A stretch of DNA of 64,000 nucleotides, from the NCBI GenBank assembly GCA_958296135.2, contig CATQHZ020000001.1:4544001-4608000 (forward strand). The letters are read 5' to 3'. The translations under genes and the position numbers were made by a program. Below, piece after piece: positions 56,886 to 64,000 of the stretch. The first letter of the stretch is position 1. Each line of letters starts with the position of its first letter. The DNA is from an uncultured Poribacteria bacterium (GTDB taxonomy: Bacteria; Poribacteria; WGA-4E; WGA-3G). The notes under the pieces are model-generated. The model was not told the origin of the DNA. It saw nothing but the letters and a program-made list of their open reading frames with translations, and did not search any database.

Positions 56886-58343
56886 ATGAAACAGAAACCA
56901 AAACGCGCCATCGTCATCGGCGGCGGAATTACAGGCCTCGCAGCCAGCTACCGCCTCACGCGCGAGGCAGAGAAAAGGGGCATCCCGCTTGATGTTACCC
57001 TACTTGAGGCGAGCACCCGGGTCGGCGGTGTTATCCACACCGTCCATCGCGATGGCTTCCTCATTGAACACGGCCCCGATGCCTTTATCTCCACCAAACC
57101 GTGGGCGAAGGCATTGTGTGAAGAACTCAGCATCGCCGATGAATTCATCAGCACGAACCCAAACATGCGCCGTAGTTTTGTCGCCCAGAACGGCAAATTG
57201 CATCCTGTCCCGGAAGGTTTTTACATGATGGCACCGGGCGCGTTTCTCCCTTTTATTAAGAGCCCCATTTTCAGTTGGCGCGGCAAACTCCGGATGGGCC
57301 TTGATTTGCTCATTCCTCGCCAAGGCAACGATGCAGACGAATCTGTCGCCGATTTCGTGCGGCGCAGGCTCGGCACCGAGGCGTTTGAACGGATGGCGCA
57401 ACCGATGATAGGCGGTATCTACACTTCCGACGCAGAAAATCTCAGTCTCAAGGCGACATTTCCGCGCTTTGTGGAGATGGAACAGGCACACGGCAGCATC
57501 ATCAAAGCACTTTTGGAAACCAGAAAGCGGCAGGCAAGCCAAACACATCGTGATACCAGCGGCGCGCGTTACAGCCTCTTCCTCTCATTCGCCACCGGCA
57601 TGCAAACCCTGGTCGACAGGTTACAGCAGGCGCATCTCACCGTAGCGCGAGAGCCTGTCCCTCGCGAGCGTTCACCCAAGGCACATCTCCGCCTGAACAC
57701 CCGCGTGGCAGTTCTTCAGCAACAAAAAAACGAAACGGGATGGCAGGTATCCCTCGCCGATGGCGACGTGCTTGCGGCAGAACTCCTCTGCATCGCGCTT
57801 CCTGCACCACAAGCAGGCACCTTGTGTGAAAACGTTTCACCGGCCCTTGCCAAGAAACTCCAAGCGATTCCCTACGCTTCCTCCGCCACCCTCAACGTCG
57901 CTTTCCGCCGTGAAGATGTGGCGCATCCGCTGAACGGAACGGGGTTCGTCGTGCCAGTAACAGAAAGGCTCTCTCTCATCGGGTGCTCGTTCAGTAGTGT
58001 TAAATTTGCAAACCGCGCGCCAGCAGGACACGTTTTGTTGCGCGCGTTCGTTCGAGAGTGCACCAGCGAACTGACAGAAACGGCACTGAAAGAGATAGCA
58101 GCCTTGCTCGGCATCAAAAAAGAGCCCCTTTTCTCTGTCGTGAGCCGGCACACACAAGCCATGGCGCAGTACCAGGTGGGGCATCAGGGACATGTCAAGG
58201 AGATTGAAGCACTCGCGAAAGAGTTGCCCGGACTTGCGCTGGCCGGCAACGCCTACCACGGCATCGGCATCCCGGATTGCATCCACAGCGGCGAACAAGC
58301 CGCGCTCGCGCTCCTGGATTCACTCATAAATGAGGAAAACTGA
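56886..58343 (+). CDS. hemY: HemY-type proto/coproporphyrinogen oxidase
   Basis: Motifs IGGGITGL, EHGPDAF, GGIY, QYQVGH and GIGIPDCI. Confidence 0.92.
   Translation: MKQKPKRAIVIGGGITGLAASYRLTREAEKRGIPLDVTLLEASTRVGGVIHTVHRDGFLIEHGPDAFISTKPWAKALCEELSIADEFISTNPNMRRSFVAQNGKLHPVPEGFYMMAPGAFLPFIKSPIFSWRGKLRMGLDLLIPRQGNDADESVADFVRRRLGTEAFERMAQPMIGGIYTSDAENLSLKATFPRFVEMEQAHGSIIKALLETRKRQASQTHRDTSGARYSLFLSFATGMQTLVDRLQQAHLTVAREPVPRERSPKAHLRLNTRVAVLQQQKNETGWQVSLADGDVLAAELLCIALPAPQAGTLCENVSPALAKKLQAIPYASSATLNVAFRREDVAHPLNGTGFVVPVTERLSLIGCSFSSVKFANRAPAGHVLLRAFVRECTSELTETALKEIAALLGIKKEPLFSVVSRHTQAMAQYQVGHQGHVKEIEALAKELPGLALAGNAYHGIGIPDCIHSGEQAALALLDSLINEEN
57639..57689 (+). repeat. In-frame family A REP insertion inside hemY
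   Basis: ACCGTAGCGCGAGAGCCTGTCCCTCGCGA, flanked by AGGC(G/A)CATCTC direct repeats 51 bp apart. Confidence 0.85.
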
Positions 58344-59368
58344 TGGAACTCGGCTTAACTTTCCGGCGACGCACACTAACTATATATGTATGCCTCGCGA
58401 TTTTCCTCGTCGCAGTGTTCGCGCTTACAAAGCGCGCGGATAGAGGAGACGCACGCGCAGAAACGACGAACCGGCACGACGATGCATATCAAACCTTTCA
58501 GGCAGGAAAGTGCAAAAGCTGCCACCCTGCCATCTGGCGCGAGTGGGAAAAATCGATGCACGCTCAGGCATGGACAGATGCAATTTATCAAGAAGCCGCC
58601 GCGCAAATCGCCGACCGGGCAGCCAGCTGCGATGCATGCCACGCACCCGAACCAATCCTCGTGACAGGCATCGGAAAAATGCCGATATTGCGCGACCGGC
58701 ACCGCGAGGCCGGTGTTTCATGCCTCGTCTGCCACCTCGATGCCGAGGGAGCAATGCACGGACCGCCGGCAAGTGCCGAAACGAATTTTCATCCGAATAT
58801 CACGAATGCTGTCTATACAAAACCGACTCCGCTCTGCGCCACGTGCCACGGGCAACAGAGCGTTCCCGCGCATGATCTGGTTTCTAGTTTCCTCAAAAGC
58901 CGCTTTGCCACAGAAAACAAAACTTGCGCTACGTGCCACATGCCTGCTATCAAACGCCTGCAAAGCACCGCGAGTTATGAGCGTATCGCGGGACGGAAGC
59001 ATACGTGGCAAGGCAGCCGCAGCGTCTCGCAACTTAAACGCGCCGCTACGCTGCATCTTGGGTTTGCAGAGAAAAAAGCGACGGTGACACTTCAGAATAA
59101 AGCCGCGCACCTTTTACCGGGCAGTGTGATACGCGTCATTGTGCTGGATGTCACCCTTTTCGCGCCCGATGGAAACGTGCGGCAAACGTCGCAGCACACC
59201 TTTTCCGCAGCGCAAGACAATCGTCTTCACCCCGACGAGCAGCGAACATTCGTCTTTGACGCGCACTCAGGTGACATGCTTGAAGCACGCCTACGGTATC
59301 AGTTAACACAGGAAACACCGGAGACATCATGGATACAGATGGCAGAAGTGCGCAATCTCGTGCCATGA
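58343..59368 (+). CDS. Membrane-anchored pentaheme c-type cytochrome (c554-like)
   Basis: N-terminal TM; heme motifs CKSCH, CDACH, CLVCH, CATCH and CATCH. Confidence 0.88.
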   Translation: MELGLTFRRRTLTIYVCLAIFLVAVFALTKRADRGDARAETTNRHDDAYQTFQAGKCKSCHPAIWREWEKSMHAQAWTDAIYQEAAAQIADRAASCDACHAPEPILVTGIGKMPILRDRHREAGVSCLVCHLDAEGAMHGPPASAETNFHPNITNAVYTKPTPLCATCHGQQSVPAHDLVSSFLKSRFATENKTCATCHMPAIKRLQSTASYERIAGRKHTWQGSRSVSQLKRAATLHLGFAEKKATVTLQNKAAHLLPGSVIRVIVLDVTLFAPDGNVRQTSQHTFSAAQDNRLHPDEQRTFVFDAHSGDMLEARLRYQLTQETPETSWIQMAEVRNLVP

Positions 59369-59545
59369 AATCGAAGCATTTTGTGCAGCACTGGAAAATC
59401 ATAAGGGCAGATCACCGGCAAATTCTGTAGGAAATTTTTTAATTGACAATTTTTATGGATTTATGATAAACTTCTCTATAAGTTTTGAAATTTTGGTGAA
59501 AAACTACTCGGGGCACAGCTTATTTAGGCAAAATTGAATTTTTTC

Positions 59546-59574
59546 TTGACATTTCTTGGAAAATGTGGTATCAT
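59546..59574 (+). promoter_or_regulatory. sigma70-type promoter (distal)
   Basis: TTGACA-17 nt-TATCAT with a TGn extended -10. Confidence 0.7.
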
Positions 59575-59937
59575 ATATACTTGAAGTGTCGTGCTGTTAC
59601 GATTTTGATTGTTGATGTCCCTCTGAGTTTGGGAGAAAGTTCGCGAAACCCGTTTAATTGGCCGATTAAAACAGTTGCTTAATTTTAGCACATTTGTTAA
59701 AATCATAACTTGTGCACGATGGGTGAATTTTCAACCCGACAACAAAATACGCTCGCGGAACTGCCGAAACGTGGTGTTTTCAGAGACTACCGGCAACCTG
59801 TTTTTGAAACGCCAAAGCGGTTTTGTATCGGCATAGGGAGCTAGAGCGGAAACCCTAAATTTTTGAGGCGCGGAAGGAGCCGCAGGAGCAGTTTGCCAAC
59901 ATGTTTAGCGGCTGCATCCTAGGAAAAAACTTTTTGC

Positions 59938-59967
59938 TTGCTTTTCGCGCGTGAAATCGTGTATAAT
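59938..59967 (+). promoter_or_regulatory. sigma70-type promoter (proximal)
   Basis: TTGCTT-18 nt-TATAAT. Confidence 0.55.
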
Positions 59968-60205
59968 AATCCTATCCTAGGATGCCGTGCCTCTTGGGGG
60001 TAGGAACGTTTAAATGGAGAACAGCACCGAACGGTTCTGAAGCGGCCACCGCATCAGAACCAGACATTGCTGAACTCTACCGAAACAAGTTGGATAGACA
60101 TGCCGCCGCGCCGCGCGTCTGTTTGCTTCCCGTCCGAAGATGTCTATCCAAAAAAACTCAGTCTGAGTCTCGCGTTTACGCAGACTTCATGAGGAGGATA
60201 AGTTA

Positions 60206-63200
60206 ATGAAAAAACGAACGTTCGTTTGTTTTTTGATTTTTACATTGTGTGTTTTTCACAGTTCGCTGCCAGGCACCGTCTTCGGACAGGATGCCTCGCT
60301 CGCCGAACAGGTGCTGGAAAAATACAGCGCAACACTGCAACGGGAGGACATTCAAGAAATCCTTCCGGATGTCTTGGAGGGGCTTAAAGCACCGAATATT
60401 CAAGCACTCCTGACGCCGCAGACTATCACGCTCGTCGTGACTCAACCGGATCTGCTCACGCAGTTCGTGCCCGGTATTGACCCGGCATTCGTAACGCTGC
60501 TGAAAGAGGATGCGGAACTCCGGACGATGCTCCAGGATGCACAAGTGCAGGAGTTGCTAACGAAGCCCGCCGCAATCGACGAACTCGCAACTGCGTTGAA
60601 CGTAGTGGAGCCGCCGCCAGTTGTTGAACCACCCGTAGTGGCACCACCCGTGGAGATGCCCTCGCTCGCTCAGCAGGTGTTTGACGCGCATAGCGCGACG
60701 CTCATGCGGGCCGATATTCAAGCGGTGCTCCCGGCAGTCTTAACCGCTCTGAAAGCACCGGAGATCCAAGCACAATTGAATCCGGCGATTATCGGTGCCG
60801 CCATCGCGAATCCAGATCTCTTAGCAGCTGTTGGAGTCGAACAGCCTTTCATCGACTTGCTGAAAACGGATGCCGAACTCCAAACGATGCTCGGCGATAT
60901 GCAAGTGCAGGCACTGCTGCAGGATACCGCCGCAATTGACGAACTCGCAGCGTTACTCAACGTTGGAGAACCGCCGGTAGTGGAGCCCCCCGTGGAGCCG
61001 CCTGTGGTGGAACCACCGGTAGAACCGCCTGTGGAACCTCCCGTGGAGCCGCCCGTAGTGGAGCCGCCGGTAGTGGCACCGCCGCCCGTTGCGCCGCCTG
61101 CTGAATCAGCAGATCCGTTCGCGCCGATAACACCGGCAAATGCATCGATCCTCGGCAAATCCAGGCTCGGCGGCCTTGAACTTAATAAATTCTCTGGCCG
61201 GCAATTTGTAACCGAACTGCTTGAGGCAATCGGTATAACGCCGCCGCTTTTACAGGCCGCCGGATACACGCAAGACGGGTTGATTGAAGCAATCCTGACT
61301 CAGGTTCCAAAAGGTTATCTGCCCAAGAAGCAAATTAAGCAGGTTTTAGCGTCCAAACATATCAAATACTTCGACGAAGAGATTGATGGACAAGACCTCG
61401 GGCAACAGTTGGACTACGAGAATTTTGGGAACGCCATCACACCGAGGATTCTCGAGCTGGCTTATGGCAATGAACCCAATCGTAAATACGCCACGAGCGA
61501 TCATCTGAACGTTTACGCGCGGGTACCATCTGCAAACGTCGGCGGGGTTGAGTTTAGCCTCACTGATGGACGGACGGTAAAAGCGCAGCAGATTAGTCCA
61601 GCCATCTTCGGGGCAGATACCTTCCCGTATACCTTCCATCTGGAGGAAACGCTCGCCGCAACGAACCTGCCTGCATGGCCGGGTTTGAGCACGCAACTGT
61701 TCTCCAACGTTGTCCTTCGCTACTCGCAAACCGGGTTGAACGGAGACTATATCGCCGTTGATATGCAACCCATGACCGGGGCAGATGGCGGTGTCGTTTG
61801 GGAAACGGAGATAGGTGTCACAGCGGGTAGCACTTACTACTACTTTGAAGTAACGCTCGCCGAACCGGTGACACTTGAGGTGTTGGATCGGGAAAAGATT
61901 GCTGCGATTGTGCAGAACGTACTGGCAGGAAATACCGTGAGTATGGCTGAGGTGCTGCACGCAACGAAGTCCTACACCATTGAAAAATGGGCAATGCCAG
62001 ACCCGCGCAACCTTCAACTTGCAGACCGCGGCATTATTGACGGTTTGTTCACCGCAGAACTCCAATCCGCACTGCTTCCCATGCTGTTAGAAATTGGCAA
62101 CAACCCCACTGGACAGCACATTGCAAATGTGCTTGAGAAACACCAATGGAAACTTCTGAAGATTTTTCAGAAAAATGCCAACGCACTGACAACGCAGTTT
62201 GAGAACGCATTCGACCCGATGCTCTCCTCAGTCTTCAGTATCCCGCAGATTGATCCTGCAACAGAATCTATCTGGGCAGCCAGCATTGATGCTATTGCCG
62301 ATGGCAACTACTACTTAGGTGCCATTGTCCATGATGCCGCTGGAAACCCGTTAGATCAGATGCAAGGCGAATTTACGGTTGATACGAGTGCACCGGAAGC
62401 CGATATTCAGATTACCCCAGGCGCAAACGCAACCGGGTATATGAACGAAGCAGGCGTTTATGTTGCCACCGCACCGACAGCAGGCACCACCGCTACCTTG
62501 AATATCACGGGGATGCCGAAAGTAGCTGACGTGGCACCGGGCGAAGGGTATCTCTTCTATCAAGAAATTCAATTGGATGCAGACGGCATGCCGCAAAGCG
62601 CGTGGATGCCGCTTACCGTTGACGCAACGATGCTCGCCTCGCGAATCTGGGACGAAACCCTAGCACAACTGGACCGGCAGGGAGCCATTCCAAAGCAATT
62701 TTCGTTCATCCAAGGGGTGCCTTTTGAGCAAATCTTGGCTCTACTCACCCCCGGGCTCGTTCAACAGTACGCCAATCCGTTCCTCAAGACGCTCGAACCA
62801 CAGATAGGGAAAGTGCAACTATCTGAGGAAGATAGTCAATCGTTGCTTGACATCCTGGGTGCTACCCTCGATCTGATTAATTCGATTCCCATCACTTACG
62901 GCGAACCGAATAATACGGTAACGATGGCGATTCAGGGTGAGCAGATGCCTCTCCTGCTCGGCGATTACGGCGTTCGGGCAATGGGAATTGATACACTCTT
63001 TAACATCAGTGCCCACACTGCACCTACGCACATCAGAATTGTCGCACCGGAATACGATACCGCCGCGATTACGCTCGCCGTTATCGGCGATTGTAACGGA
63101 GATGGCGATACCGATGACCCGGGTGAAAGCGGGGCTGTCGGTGACATGACAATCTTCGCCAATACGACAGCGAACGTCATGTTAACGATTTCCGTTGGCA

Positions 63201-64000
63201 ATCGCACAGCGCATCCAGCAGCCGTAATGGTGCAATACATGGATGCTAGCGGCGCATGGCAAAACATTGGCGAACTCGACCTGGGTGGTGTCGCTGCGGG
63301 TGACACACTGGAGGTAAGTTGGAACGTCACAGATTTTGACGCGCTTGTCGGTGCAGGCAACAGCGTGATGGTGCGGGCAATCGCAGCTAACGCGCTTGGC
63401 CTCGCAGACCCCGAGCCGGTATCGGCACAGATGATGTTGGACGCGGGTATCTGCCCGGTTGTGCCGGAAGTCTTGACGATTACCGTTAATCCTGCAGGAA
63501 CAACCAATCCGGATAGTGGCGCACCGCAAGGCATGCTCACTGTGAACGCAGCTACGCCGGAACGCACCACTTCTCCGATTACTTCCGTGCGGTTTGAGGC
63601 CAAACGGGGCAGTGACACGGCATGGAAAACCCTCGGGCCTGGTACTTCAGACACTCCCCAACAATGGAGCATTTCGGTTGATACTACCACATTGGAAGAC
63701 AGCATCACGGCGAGTAGTCCTGCCGCACGCGATGTCTCTAGAGATAGTAACGCCTATACCGTGCGTGCGATCGCCGTCGCAAACGGGACTGACTATGCGT
63801 CGGCGGCTACCGCAACATTCTCAGTAGACAATGTTGATGATGTTGCGCCGTTAGGGCCAACTGTTATCTTCTTAGTCGAGGATAGTGCCGGTGTCATCGC
63901 AGCGGATGGTAGTGGGGCCTACAAGGTGGGTGGCATCGTTGATGACTCAGTGGCATCACCTGTCGCCACGTTTACCATCCAACCGACAGCCGACGACGAC
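60206..64000 (+). CDS. Very large secreted/surface protein, 3'-truncated by the window edge (>1260 aa; not in the ORF track)
   Basis: GAGGAGG RBS and signal peptide MKKRTFVCFLIF... Two ~90-aa helical repeats with PVVEP linkers are followed by Ig-like segments (DAAGN, VDTSAP, SVDNVDD). The frame is still open at the window end. Confidence 0.85.
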   Translation, partial: MKKRTFVCFLIFTLCVFHSSLPGTVFGQDASLAEQVLEKYSATLQREDIQEILPDVLEGLKAPNIQALLTPQTITLVVTQPDLLTQFVPGIDPAFVTLLKEDAELRTMLQDAQVQELLTKPAAIDELATALNVVEPPPVVEPPVVAPPVEMPSLAQQVFDAHSATLMRADIQAVLPAVLTALKAPEIQAQLNPAIIGAAIANPDLLAAVGVEQPFIDLLKTDAELQTMLGDMQVQALLQDTAAIDELAALLNVGEPPVVEPPVEPPVVEPPVEPPVEPPVEPPVVEPPVVAPPPVAPPAESADPFAPITPANASILGKSRLGGLELNKFSGRQFVTELLEAIGITPPLLQAAGYTQDGLIEAILTQVPKGYLPKKQIKQVLASKHIKYFDEEIDGQDLGQQLDYENFGNAITPRILELAYGNEPNRKYATSDHLNVYARVPSANVGGVEFSLTDGRTVKAQQISPAIFGADTFPYTFHLEETLAATNLPAWPGLSTQLFSNVVLRYSQTGLNGDYIAVDMQPMTGADGGVVWETEIGVTAGSTYYYFEVTLAEPVTLEVLDREKIAAIVQNVLAGNTVSMAEVLHATKSYTIEKWAMPDPRNLQLADRGIIDGLFTAELQSALLPMLLEIGNNPTGQHIANVLEKHQWKLLKIFQKNANALTTQFENAFDPMLSSVFSIPQIDPATESIWAASIDAIADGNYYLGAIVHDAAGNPLDQMQGEFTVDTSAPEADIQITPGANATGYMNEAGVYVATAPTAGTTATLNITGMPKVADVAPGEGYLFYQEIQLDADGMPQSAWMPLTVDATMLASRIWDETLAQLDRQGAIPKQFSFIQGVPFEQILALLTPGLVQQYANPFLKTLEPQIGKVQLSEEDSQSLLDILGATLDLINSIPITYGEPNNTVTMAIQGEQMPLLLGDYGVRAMGIDTLFNISAHTAPTHIRIVAPEYDTAAITLAVIGDCNGDGDTDDPGESGAVGDMTIFANTTANVMLTISVGNRTAHPAAVMVQYMDASGAWQNIGELDLGGVAAGDTLEVSWNVTDFDALVGAGNSVMVRAIAANALGLADPEPVSAQMMLDAGICPVVPEVLTITVNPAGTTNPDSGAPQGMLTVNAATPERTTSPITSVRFEAKRGSDTAWKTLGPGTSDTPQQWSISVDTTTLEDSITASSPAARDVSRDSNAYTVRAIAVANGTDYASAATATFSVDNVDDVAPLGPTVIFLVEDSAGVIAADGSGAYKVGGIVDDSVASPVATFTIQPTADDD

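Noticed and set aside
60203-63708. Minus-strand ORFs of 60-247 aa (likewise the plus-strand ORFs over 5029-9768 and 21920-25755)
   Set aside because: They are antisense shadows of long, well-supported genes on the opposite strand.

Overview
This is a moderately GC-rich bacterial chromosomal window, most consistent with a sponge-symbiont lineage such as Ca. Poribacteria. That assignment is an inference from the LamG protein ending in KLATTWGKLK, two PhyH paralogues, a lamin-tail-domain surface protein and the REP-rich spacers. Housekeeping content: tRNA-Leu; ppiD, mqnC and rpoZ; the Thr/Tyr/Gly/Thr-rpmG-Trp-secE-nusG-rplKAJL cluster, which here lacks tuf and rpoBC; hemE/hemH/hemY with a pentaheme cytochrome; and many sugar-acid and redox enzymes. 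Accessory content: an IS607-type tnpB-only element that splits a hicB antitoxin gene at a GG core and carries two fully covarying tandem hairpins; an Hhe-like DUF4011 helicase-nuclease; a PIN toxin gene with one nonsense codon next to a probable antitoxin-tail fusion; an orphan DNA methyltransferase; and two very large secreted proteins. Intergenic space holds several families of GTAG-type REP palindromes in arrays, some nested inside one another and one inserted in frame in hemY. The best candidate for an undescribed mechanism is the roughly 640-nt leader of the 1350-aa surface-protein gene. It contains a consensus promoter, a leader ORF with a C10 tract, and a terminator-like hairpin that would be translated through only if the tract lost one base, which suggests phase-variable attenuation. 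All calls come from reading the sequence; no database searches were run.
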